Assembly (NCBI GenBank): GCA_002269645.1
Contig: NIVC01000363.1
Span: 558,001-622,000 of the forward strand
DNA length: 64,000 bases
Direction: 5' to 3'
Origin: Macrostomum lignano
Taxonomy: Eukaryota
Shown in pieces: positions 38,901 through 50,600 of this stretch. The position numbers and the translations under genes were made by a program. Position 1 is the first letter of the stretch; the number at the start of each line of letters is the position of its first letter. The notes below the pieces were generated by a model. It did no database searches. It saw only the letters and a list, made by a program, of their open reading frames with translations, and was not told the origin of the DNA.

Positions 38901-39945
38901 CAGGATCTGAAGGTGCTGCTTCTCTGTCTCAGGATCTGAAAGGTGGTGCATCCCTGTCTCAGGATCTGAAAAGTGGTGCATCCCTGTCTCAGGATCTGAA
39001 AGGTGGTGCATCCCTGTCTCAGGATCTGAAAGGTGGTGCATCCCTGTCTCAGGATCTGAAAAGTGGTGCATCCCTGTCTCAGGATCTGAAAGGTGGTGCA
39101 TCCCTGTCTCAGGATCTGAAAAGTGGTGCATCCCTGTCTCAGGATCTGAAAGGTGGTGCATCCCTGTCTCAGGATCTGAAAGGTGGTGCATCCCTGTCTC
39201 AGGATCTGAAAAGTGGTGCATCCCTGTCTCAGGATCTGAAAGGTGGTGCATCCCTGTCTCAGGATCTGAAAGGTGGTGCATCCCTGTTTTATTTTGGGAT
39301 CAAAATTTGGTGCTGCCAGGTTTTAGAATTTAAAGATGGTGCTCCGCTGTTTCAGGACCTGACGTAATTTTTCACTGCACTATTTCGCACCTGTAGAAAC
39401 ATACAATGCTCCAGCACTGTAAGCGCATTATCCACAGTCAAATGCTGACGCAAGTACTCGCAGCAAGCGTTAGCAAGACCATCAACAAGATATTTCTTAG
39501 CGGCGTACAGCGTTTGAAATACGTTGCTATCGGTAACACCTTCTGTACAGTCTGTATAAGCAAATATTAATAGATTCTCAAAGGCGCTGGACTCAATATC
39601 AGATAGCTCGTGGATAGTCTCATTCATCAGTTTGCTATTGTGATTAGAATCCGGACTCTGCAGCTGCCGACTCAATGGGCTATCGAACATAGCTCGGAAC
39701 ACTGGACTGACAGATGCTAGTACAACACGGTGAGCATTGAATCGGATTTTAGCATCGCCAATTAGAAAGGCTACATCGGAGAATTCGCCACTATCTAGAC
39801 TGAGCTTCAAGCGCTGGCACAGTGTGAGCGGAATCTGCGGTGCAACCTGCTCACTAGCTTGATTGTTTGAGTCTGCAGACTGCAGTTGAACGGTTGGTGG
39901 TCCCAGTGTCTGAGCTAAACAGAATGAGTCCTCCAATTCTTGCAT
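35989..39945 (-). CDS. BTB/POZ-BACK-PHR domain protein (BTBD1/2/3/6-like Cullin-3 adaptor)
   Basis: Phase-consistent exons (minus) 39945-39391, 38253-37851, 37435-37208, 36530-35989. BTB motifs FSDVAFLIG, FNAHRVVLASVSPVFRAMF, TLYAAKKYLV; BACK DEVEIFDWILCWAK and LLRCVRFSRMS; PHR-like RTNRRLLLTGFNLF and LVLLPNQWYRLSI. Confidence 0.9.
36730..37100. repeat. ~22-bp minisatellite (CACTCTCTCACTCTCACAGTGT)n
   Basis: Tandem units in the BTB intron. Confidence 0.9.
37540..37818. repeat. ~31-bp minisatellite (AAGTGCCACTAGAGATCAATRCACTGGCATT)n
   Basis: Tandem units in the BTB intron. Confidence 0.9.
38424..39286. repeat. 30-bp minisatellite (TCAGGATCTGAAAGGTGGTGCATCCCTGTC)n
   Basis: About 29 units. 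Confidence 0.95.
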
Positions 39946-40639
39946 TCTAATTGGTTGTTTGATGAATCAATAGGCTCTGAGATGTCAGCAAAAAAATATA
40001 GATTTATGACAATGCTTGGTAATTGGTATACTTTATGCCTACAATAATTGACTGCAGTAAAATAGGAACCTGCAATAGCTATTGATATGGCCATATAAAA
40101 CAACTGCTCTTACAGCAATAACTATAAAAATATTGTAGTTTGAAGTTTTGTTGTTTTACATGTACTTTTTAATTTTTTTGGAAAAATAGAAAATAAAGCA
40201 AAATTATTTTAATAAAGGTACCACAATCTAATAAAAAGTTAAATTATAAGTAACCACTTTAGAACAGAAAAGCATATTAAAGAATTAAAAAACATACTTT
40301 TTTTTATTATATAGTAACTTTTAATTGCAATTTAATATTAAATTTGCCAATCTAGACCTATAAAAATTTTACATATAAAACATAAAAAAGCACTTTGTAA
40401 GAAATACAAAAGAGTCATTTAGACCAAAAAAGGCATCATGTCAGACATGAAAGAAGCATCATATAAAACATGAAAGTGTCATGCATAATATATAAGAAAC
40501 TTCATTTAAATTATAAAAGAAGGGTATAAAACATAAAGAAGTGTCATATAAGAAATAAAATAAAAGCCATATAGACCAAGAAGCACCATGTCAAACATGA
40601 AAGAAATGTGTTCTAAAAAATAATCATGTCAAACATATC

Positions 40640-41450
40640 ACAAAATAAGTGTTATGTAGTTTTGAGGAGAATTGCTGAGATGTCAAGGCTTACTACAGAT
40701 TATTGACATTTCAAGGCTTATTGTAAAATTGCTAAGATGTCAAGGCTTATGAGGGAATTGCTAAGATGTTAAGGCTTCTTGGGAGAATAGCTAATTATAA
40801 GATGGCAAGGCTTATAGGGAGTATTTCTTAGACTTAGATGTCAAGGCCTTGGGAAATTGCAGAGATGCTTATGGGGGGATTACTGAGATACTAAGGCTAA
40901 TGTCAGAAGCTACATAGTAGTCTATATTCTTTGTTGGCTCCTAATGGAAATAGAAAAAGTAGCATTAAAATAAAAGAAGTGTCATTTAGACATGAAAAAA
41001 ACATTATTTAAAACAAAAGAAATGTCAAGTCAAAAAGAAAAGAAATCATATAAAACATAAAAGAAGCATCTATCAGACAAAAGAAGCATTATTTCAAACA
41101 TAGATTTATTTAGGAATTGCTACAATGTCAAAGCTTGGAAGGATTTGCTATAAGGCTATAACTATTGGGGGAAATTACTAAAATTTCAAAGTGTATATAA
41201 GAAGAATTGCTAAGAAGTCAAGGCTTAAGGGTTAAGGTTAAAGTGGGTTGCTAAGATTTCAAAGCTAATAGACACTTATTAAGATTTCAAGGCTTATAGG
41301 AGGCATTGCTCATGGGGATTGGGAAAAGACTATTAAGATATCAAGGCTTACTAAGGGAATTGCTAAGATATAAGGCTTTCTAAGGGGAATTATATAGATG
41401 TCAAGGCTCAAGTTAAATTGCTAATAGATATATCAAAGTTTGAAAGTTCA
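40640..41450. repeat. Degenerate ~30-bp repeats (GAATTGCTAAGATGTCAAGGCTTA)
   Basis: Recurrent diverged motif in AT-rich DNA. Confidence 0.6.
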
Positions 41451-42219
41451 CCTAGCTATTAAAGTTATTTTTTGATCAAAAATGCAACTTACCTAATACC
41501 CTATTAAAGAAATGCAAACTAAAGCAAAAATCAATGTAATTTTAAATAAAAAGCAAAAGTAACTATGACTATCCAATCTATCTAATCTATCCATCCATTC
41601 CATCCATCCATTGTTTCCTATCCTTCCTATCTTCTCCATCTCCTCTCTAACCAATATACTAAAAATGAGTTGTCTATGGGTATACAATAAATTAAAAAAA
41701 TGGCTCAATTGATTTTCTTCAAGCTTGCACCATTTGATCAGAAATTTTCCTGGACAGTACATGCATCTTGGCTAAGAAATTGCTCAGTGTTAAAGGGATT
41801 AAATATTCAAAAAACATGCTTTTTTGCAAAGGTCAAGCTAAATTTTTTACTTGAAATACATTGGAAGAATGCTAGAGAAAACACTGACTGACTGAATTTT
41901 GATTCTAATAAAGATTACATCACAACAAGTTGAAAACAGTGTTGAAGAAATGCGCACAAGACTTGATTGAAGTTTCGTAACCATATTGCTAACTTAAATT
42001 GAGACTGATACTGGCTGACTAAGAAATTGATTATGTGATTATGTCATAACTTTTTACTCTAACCAACTTGCTGAAGATATTGAATTATAAGGGCCACAAT
42101 TCATGTTCTCTAATTGAAAAGAGATAGCCTAGATACAAACAGACTGCTAATGTAGCAACCTGGGTTTGAATCTTAGTAGTGCAAAATACCATAAAAAATA
42201 CAAAATGCTAAAGATAAAA

Positions 42220-43215
42220 GAGCCACCATGTCAAACATAAAAGAGCCACCATGTTAAAAATAAAAGAGCCACCATGTCAAACATATACATGACTACATGT
42301 TGAACATAAAAGAGCCACTATGTCAAACATTTGTGACTCCATGTCAAACATATATGTGACTCCATGTCAAACTACGTGACTCTATGTCAAACATATATGT
42401 GACTCCATGTCAAACTACGTGACTCCATGTCAAACATTAAAGAGCCACCATGTCAAACATTAAAGAGCCACCATGTCAAACATAAAAGAGCTACCATGTC
42501 AAACATAAAAGAGGCACCATGTTAAACATATGTGACTCTATGTCAAACATAAAAGAGCCACCATGTTAAAAATAAAAGAGCCACCATGTCAAAAATAAAA
42601 GAGACACCATGTCAAACATATACATGACTACATGTTGAACATAAAAGAGCCACTATGTCAAATATTTGTGACTTCATGTCAAACATATATGTGACTCCAT
42701 GTCAAACTACGTGACTCCATGTCAAACATATATGTAACTCCATGTCAAACATTAAAGAGCCACCATGTCAAACATTGAAGAGCCACCATGTCAAACATTA
42801 AAGAGCCACCATGTCAAACATAAAAGAGCTACCATGTGAAACATAAAAGAGCCACCATGTTAAACATATGTGACTCTATGTCAAACATTAAAGAGATACC
42901 ATGTCGGACATTAAAGAGCCACTGTGTCAAACATAAAGAGCCACCATGTGAAACATAAAAGAGCTACCATGTGAAACATAAAAGAGCCACCATGTTAAAC
43001 ATATGTGACTCTATGTCAAACATTAAAGAGATACCATGTCGGACATTAAAGAGCTACCATGTCAAACATAAAAGAGCCACCATGTTAAACATATGTGACT
43101 CTATGTCAAACATTAAAGAGATACCATGTCAGACATTAAAGAGCCACTGTGTCAAACATAAAGAGCTACCATGTCAAACATTAAAAAGCTACCATGTCAA
43201 ACAAAAGAGCCACCA
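42220..43215. repeat. 22-23-bp minisatellite (GAGCCACCATGTCAAACATAAAA)n with higher-order variants
   Basis: Tandem units; the same motif resumes at about 43980-44030. Confidence 0.9.
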
Positions 43216-43284
43216 GTTTAAGCATAAAAGAGCCTGGCAATCTTCAAGTTTTGTTCATTAAATTTTTTTTCAATGATTTCTGAA

Positions 43285-43757
43285 CTATCTTGCTGAGATG
43301 ATTATTTTTGAGCTCTCCAGTGTACCCAGCCCTTTCCTAGCTGAGAAAGTAGCAGCTTTGTTAATATTAACCTCTAAGGTACCATAAAGCCAGAAATATA
43401 AGATGCAAACAAGCAAAGCTAACATGTAACGCTGAGTACAAACAGACAGAAATAGTAACACAGTGGGGTACAACAGGGGCAGTAGTAGCAGTCCAGTTCA
43501 GTAGCAACAGTTTAGCACATAGCATGGCAGTTGGTGCAAGCCCAAGCGTAGCCGTCAATAAAGCGGTCATCTTGACGGAGCTGCAGCCGAAGTTGAATGG
43601 TTGAGTGGTATTTGGCCATCCAATTCATGGTATCCCTTGTTGTTGCCATAATCACAGCCAGTTCCTGCATTGTCAAGGTGATGTCACACAAAGCTGCAGC
43701 TAGTTGCACTTGTGCTACTGGTACAATAAAAGTGGGTGCCACTGGTTGTCCTGCCAT
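43285..43757 (-). pseudogene. Possible degenerate Merlin/ISXO2-like transposase N-terminus
   Basis: LQLRQDDRFIDGYAWACTNC followed, in another frame, by LLVCILYFWLYG. This resembles the DGYxWxCxxC...ILYFW pattern I associate with eukaryotic IS1595/Merlin transposases. No DDE core or terminal inverted repeats found. Confidence 0.35.
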
Positions 43758-46129
43758 AGTATATTAGTCTTATAGTGTATTAGCTGCTTGTCTATTAACT
43801 GTGTATGATATTACTCCATGCCACTCCTAAAGCTGCGTACAGTAGCATCTTTATTCCCCATAGACGTTCTTTGCTAAAATGCCACGTCAGTGAAAGCCAC
43901 GTCATCATTACGTTACCATGGTCCGTAATATGGGCCATAGACATTCCTTTGCCTACCAATGACTTTACGGTACATTTTGACACCATGTCAAACATAAAAG
44001 TGACACCATGTCAAACATAATAAGAGCCACAACTTAATTTAATTTATTGTGTTGCAGGGCATGCTGTGTGCCATGCTGCGCAACACTATGGCGCACAACA
44101 CTGCACTGCAACTGCGCAATATTAGCCTATGCCACACAAGTCACAACACTGCGCCGCACAACACCACACCACACAACACCGTGTCATGTGTCACAGATTT
44201 TGGACTGTTTTTTTGCACCCGTGTAGTGCATCCGCAGGTTCTGGAAAGTTATTCCAATAAGGGACCCTTTGCCATCTGTATATATATATCAGCATATTTG
44301 CAAGTCACAAGACAAGACAAGACTAAAATTCCTAGGGTCTACTAATTTAGGGCCCAGCTACTGCCACTGGCACTAGTACTTGTAAATTGGTAACAATTAA
44401 ATTAATAATAAGCCCCGTCGGCGTCATGATGATTATATTTATGTTAGGGCCTAGGCCGCCTAGCCCCCCCCCCTATGGCTATAATAAGGAAATAAAAAAT
44501 GAAATTGTAAAAAATGATCAGGTTTAGAAGAAATAGGCCTATCATATAGACTAGAGTACTAGTACTAGGCCTAGGAGCAGTATCAGTGGAAAGACCTATA
44601 AGGATTGGCCTCGAATTCGATCGATCGTCGCGGATCCTGTTAAAAGAAGATTTAAAAAACCCTCAAGCAAACGATACTTCTTGTTCTTATCTTTTATTAA
44701 AAGTAAAAAAACAAAAACAAAAAACTTTTAGGCCCCCTAATTTCTTAATTTTTAAATCTGATTGCGAGGGGGGCTACGGCTAGGTTTAAGAACACTTTTG
44801 TTATATTTTTAAACAAATTAATTGAACAAAGAACAAATATTCACGGCATGCACGAAAAACTTCAGAGCCTCAGAGACATTATCTATTAGGCTTTCGCCCT
44901 TGTCAGTAGCCGTAGCCTTAGCCATGAAATGGCACGAAAGAGAACTAAGGACTGCTATTAGGCCTTAGTCGTGGCCTTTAGGCTTTAATTCCTTAAGTCC
45001 TAATGCTAAGGCCAGGATGTAGGTAGGTACCATGTACCAGTAGGCCTAGGGCCCTACTGTACTACTCAATTTGTCTACTAAGCTGTTTATCATAAAAATA
45101 ATTTCAAAGTTAGATCTTTTAAGTTTATTTTCTTAAAAATTTAAGACTTGGCATGAGCTTGACTTTAGCTTATATATAATATAATATAGGCCTATATAAT
45201 ATGTAGCTATAGGGCCTATTACTAGGCCTAGGTTACACCAAATTTGTTTTTGCCAATAGATCTAGACCTAACTAAAATGTAAGAAATTCAATGTAAGATT
45301 CAAACAGTTAAAACAAACTAAGAAAAATTGTCAAAAACAAGACAGACTTATCTACTAAAGTTATTTCTTTACATAATATGCAATTAAATAAATTTCTATA
45401 ATTCTATATACTTAACTCAATGAGCAAAATATTGTTAGACTTTAATATAATTTTATGATTTGCTAATTATACATTATTATATCATATGAGTAAAATAGCT
45501 CAGTTTAATATAAATTGAATCTATCCAAGTTTTGTTTATTTTTTTAACCATTAACTAAGCGGCATTAACAAAGTTTTATTTAAGTATGACTACAAATTCC
45601 AAAATGTATGCAAATTATTAGCTCTGGGGATTGAAATTCATTGGGTTTCAAATCCTAGATTTTAACAAGCTGACTTGTGAAAAATAAAATTAGATAAAAA
45701 CTATTCATTTCATTTATTTCAATTATTTCTTTTGTATCTCTTGACTTCTCAAATAACATTTGTCTCAATTTTTAATATATAATAATAATACTAGTTAATA
45801 GTGTATAAGTGTGTATAGTTAGATAACAAAAATGGTTAACAATACATTGAGAAATGAACCAAATTCATGAATAGTAAGTTGAAAAGTTAGATGTTGACAA
45901 ATTTGGTGGCATCCATATAACCTACTTATTATACCATAATAGATAGGTCCTATATTATTTAATGTAAGCAAATTATTTGAATAATTAAATGTATATTTTG
46001 AATAATGCATTGCTAATATTATATATAACTTTATAAGCCTATAAAATTTAGGCACAGCCTTACCATGGGTCTATATTCCCATTGGCCTTGGCAGAGTTAA
46101 TATAAGTATTGGTATATGTTTATATTATA

Positions 46130-47262
46130 TGAAGTACAGGTGTCTTGCCTGTGGTTGTCTAGAGGCCTTCAATAGGAACGCTGCCCCGGTGAAGTACAGT
46201 TGCTTGAGCTCCTCTGGGAAGTCTCCGGGTTGATCTAGTAGCGTTGGTAGTGCTGCCACCAGCTTCGCAGAGTCGCAGCCTTCGGTGAGGTGCTGAGCTC
46301 GTAGAAGCAAATAACTAAGACGAGAGAAAGAGACTCGCACTTCGTGCAGATTTAGCAGTTCTCGCGCAGAGGTGCCCACCGTCAGCAGTCCCTGCCGGGC
46401 TGGTGCGGGGTGAGAGCGAAAGTGCTAGCTTCGGGCGATCTGAGCTGGCCTGCTAGCTGATAGCAGGAACAATCAGAGCCAGAGGCAGTCACGCGCAAAG
46501 TCGGGAGTCTTGGAGTTCAACTTAAGCGTCAACTTGGCACACAACTTAGAGTTCGCTAGAAACGAAACGGAAGGAACGCTAGGAAAGCTTGGAAAGCTAG
46601 GAACGCGAGGAACGGTAGGAACGCTGAAAACGCAGAAACGAGAGGCTGAAACGGAAGGGCCGGTTAACGGAAGGAAAGAAAGGCTTGTCTGAGCCAAGCC
46701 AGGAGAGGGGCTGCATTTATAGGGAGGATCGATTGCACCATAGCACGAAAGGCCCCCGCTGAGAGTCATAAGTGACTCTGTTGCTATTTTTAGCAACAAA
46801 CAAGCGGGCCCTGCCTCAGAGGAGGCAAGGGGGGGTCCGGGCGCACGTGATCTCCCCATAAACACGAGCCCAGCGTACAATGATGAAATCATTGCACTTT
46901 GGACTAAAGAAGGAAGAGGGCCTTGTCATGTGACTGACTCACATGACAAGGGGAAAAGGCCCACAAGTGAAGGCACTCGTGACCGTGGGACCGGAAAACA
47001 GGAAGGCACTCCAAATTTGGAGATGCCTGACAGAGAACGAAACAGAGGCAGGCCAGACCAAGCTGTCTGGGCACTGCAAAAAGGGAAAGCGAGACAAAAG
47101 GGGCAAACGAGGACAAACAGACAGACAGACAAACGGGCAGAGGACAGGCCAGGGACAGGCGGGAGGGACAGGCAACTGCCCAGCGGCAGACAGAAACCTG
47201 GGGAGAAGGCGAGGGCAACAGCTGACTAGTGCGGCGCCTAACTAAACTAGCGACTCACTACA
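46130..47262 (-). repeat. 3' LTR
   Basis: No differences from 55182-56314 seen by eye; the ORF translations inside are identical. Minus-strand TATAAA at 46721-46716; internal 9-10-bp GGAACGCTA-type repeats at about 46574-46632. Confidence 0.97.
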
Positions 47263-47270
47263 CTCTCCCC
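47263..47270 (-). other. Polypurine tract GGGGAGAG
   Basis: Directly abuts the TG start of the 3' LTR. Confidence 0.85.
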
Positions 47271-47664
47271 GTTCAAATAAAGAGGCGGAGTGAAGCGGCG
47301 CGCGCTTTATTTAAAACAAAGTAAACGTGAATTTACTGACAAAAGAAAACACACAAAATTTCAAATGCGCTCGTGAAATTGCGCGACTGGCCAGGTCGTA
47401 AAGATAGTGGCCTGATACCGCGGGGGCGCCAACCCGCTAATAGCCTGCGCCTAACTATTCCTCGTGCTCCAGCCCGCAAAATTAGTGCTCGAATTTGGTG
47501 TGGGGGCGCCGGCCCACCCTAGAAATGGCGCCTAAATATTGCGCGGGCGATACCTGAATACACAAGCCAACCGGCTTAAAATTCCTGCATAAGGGCGCTT
47601 AACTAGCGCGGCAAACGGGGCAACTTCATTGTCAACAGGGCGTACATCAGCGTACGGCCGCCAA

Positions 47665-50600
47665 TCAGTCAAAATAGCACAGACGCGGAGTCATCAAGAG
47701 CATCGGCAGGTCTTCTTCCCCGCCGCCCATGAATCGGGCAACGCGGACGGCCGCCAGGTGGAGAGCGTACGGCCGGTTCGGCCGCTCCAGGTCGGGGCCG
47801 GCCAGGCCGACCGCCTCCGCGAATAACCGGCTCCTCTCCTCGGCCGTGGTTTGACGGAGCTCCGCCCAGATCGGGCCACCGAGGTCAACGATTTCTCCGC
47901 CTTGCCGAGCCGCTCTGACGAGTACAGCGCTTGTCAGGTTGGCGCCGGCAGCGATGACGGTAGCTCGGTATTCCGGTATTGGCGACTCCGTTTGAGTGCC
48001 GGTATCGAGCGTTTCCGCCGGACGTTCGGGCGATGGTGGCGGGGCCCTGGGCAGGGTGCGGCGCAGCGACGCGGCCAGGTCGGTCCAAACAGCTGAGGAG
48101 CATGCGGCCGCTCCCTGAGTGTCATCGGTCCAAGACATCGGAGACGGGGCCGCGTCGGGATGCCTGGCGTCGTCGAGATCCCCTCCGCGTTCATCTGTTC
48201 CGCCGGGCCTGCCATGGTGCTCCGACCCGACTCGCTCACGGGCCGCCGGCCGAGCCCCGTCGATGTCTGGAAGGGAATTGCGGACTTGGAGGCGGATGTC
48301 CGCCAAGCCCCGCATCACCTGCTGTTCCAGCTGCACGTAAGCCAAAGCGGCCGCGATCCGGTCGACCATGAGTGTCCGCGCAGTCGCGTCTGGCGATGGC
48401 GAGTCGCGCGTGAGGTCGATGACTTCGGGCGAGTGTCGTTGACCCCGAGCGGGGTGTTGAGCTGCATGGCTCTCCAGAACGGGCGAAGGGCTTCGCCTGG
48501 GTGCCGATGTTCGGAGTGGCCTCCCATTCCGCCTCTGGGGCTCGGGAGACGGCGTGCGACGGTGAGGGCGCCGATCAACCTGGCGCGTCGGCCTCGCCGA
48601 GCCGTTGCCTTCAGCCCTGAGTCTCCGGTTAATTGTCTCCAGCGGGCGCCGCGGGATCCCCATGGTCTCTGGCGAGACCGGGGTACCAGGTCGGCGCCGG
48701 CTACGGCTAGGCCGCCCTTGCTCCGCATCGGACGAGGAGCTTGAGCTCACGTGGAGCGGACGCTTGTGCATTTCTGCGCTGCAAGGTTTTAATTTGTGCA
48801 CACGCATGCGGGCGGTGCGACTAACGTACGTTTTGGCCCTAGGATCGCTAATCAGAAGCCTCTCCGGCGGCCTCCGATCCCTAACTGGCCTACCTACCAC
48901 TACTGGTATGGGAGACGCTTCCACCTGAGTGGTGCAAGGAGGTGGCGCAGGAGACTGCACCGCCGAAAAAGGTTCGGGAAGGGGGGACGCATGGACAGGT
49001 GAAAAAGAAGCAGCAGGTGCAGACGCATTCAAACCAGGCACACCATCATGGCGATCACCATACGGCAGTGGCTCACGCCGAAATGCACTTGCCTGGTTCG
49101 CTGGTGTCGTGACCGGTCCACCTCCTGGCTGCACATCCGGGATCGCCAACGGCCGGAAGCGCCACCGGAAGGCCGGCCATGCGTCATCATCATCATCGTC
49201 CTCGTCCGGATCGTCCTCCGGAATCGGTGTCAGAGTCGCGGGTCCTGCACCGTCCGGGGCATCAGTCAACCTGCAGCGCTTCTTGGCCTGGTCGACTTCT
49301 GGATCCGAAGTCAGCTGGTAGTCGGCATCAGGGACGAGTAGCAGATTCCGGCGATGGACTACTAGCTCGTCGCGCCTGGCCCGCGGGTTTGGCACTCTAC
49401 GGCGAATCTTGTAGACGACCTCGCCCTTGGGTTCGACTACCTCGTACAGCGCTTTGCGAGGTCGATGGAACTTCGCCGCTTCATCCGGTTCGAGCACCGG
49501 GTTGTTGAGGAAAACCAGGTCACCAGGTTGGAGCTTCTTGGCAGCGGGCAGGTTCGAATAGTGCTCGTCGCGCAGTTGCTGATGCAGATGCAGGCGTTCT
49601 TTGGCTAGCTCAGTCGCTTCGTCCAAACGGCGCTGGAAGTCCTTGACATAGTCAGGCAGATTGGCATACTCCGGCAGCTTCTTGATCGCGTTGTCGATTG
49701 GTAGTCGAAAGTCTCGACCAAACACCAGGTAGTGAGGCGTGAAACCTGTCACCGGGTGTACACTAGAGCGGAGCGCCATCAAGCAGGCTGGGAGGAAGGT
49801 GTCCCAGTCGTTATGGTTGCGCTCGAGGAGGCAGGTGAGGACACTCTTCAGCTGCTTGTTGAGGTTCTCGACTTGCCCATTAGAAGCTGGGTTGTACGGT
49901 GTTGTCGTCGTATGCCGGATGCCAAACAGGTCGCAGAACTTCTTGAAAGCTGAGCCAGTGAAATTGGTTCCTTGATCAGTGTGTATCCAGCATGGTACAC
50001 CAAAGTCAGGGATCAAGCGCTCCTGCAGGATCTTGATGACCGTCTTGGCTTTCTGGTTCCTCATCGGATAGGCGAACGGATACTTCGACGTCGCGTCGCA
50101 TAGCGTCAAGATGTAGCGGTTCCCGCTCTTGCTCTTCTGGGCGATAGGGCCTACTACATCGCAATGTACTCTTCCCAGAACTTCGCACACAGGGAAGCTC
50201 TGTACAGGTACTCGGTCTCGTCTTCGGGATTTACTTTCAAGACAGGCGCGGCACTTACTGATAAAGTTCTCGGTGACACGGGCTAATCCGGGCCTCCAGA
50301 ATCGTTCACGTAGCCGCTTCAACGTCTTCGTCTGGCCGAGGTGTCCACACAGTGGCGAACTGTGGAGCTCCTGGAGCACCTGGGCATCAAGAGACTCAGG
50401 CAGGACAACCTTCGGGGACTGCTGGCCATCAGTCAGATCGATCATCAGCAGGCCGTTGTCCTCTAGCAGATTATCATAATATCCGAGCAGATTCCGCTGC
50501 TCCTTCGTCAGTCGCAACCGGGCGTCGAACTCAGGCTTCGGGCTTTGTTCTCGACCAAGTTGAGCACGTAGCTGATTGCTCGGTCGGCGCGCTGCGCGTC

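Noticed and set aside
4176-39286. CRISPR-like appearance of the 20-35-bp repeat arrays
   Set aside because: Units are head-to-tail with no unique spacers, no cas genes are present, and the context is eukaryotic.
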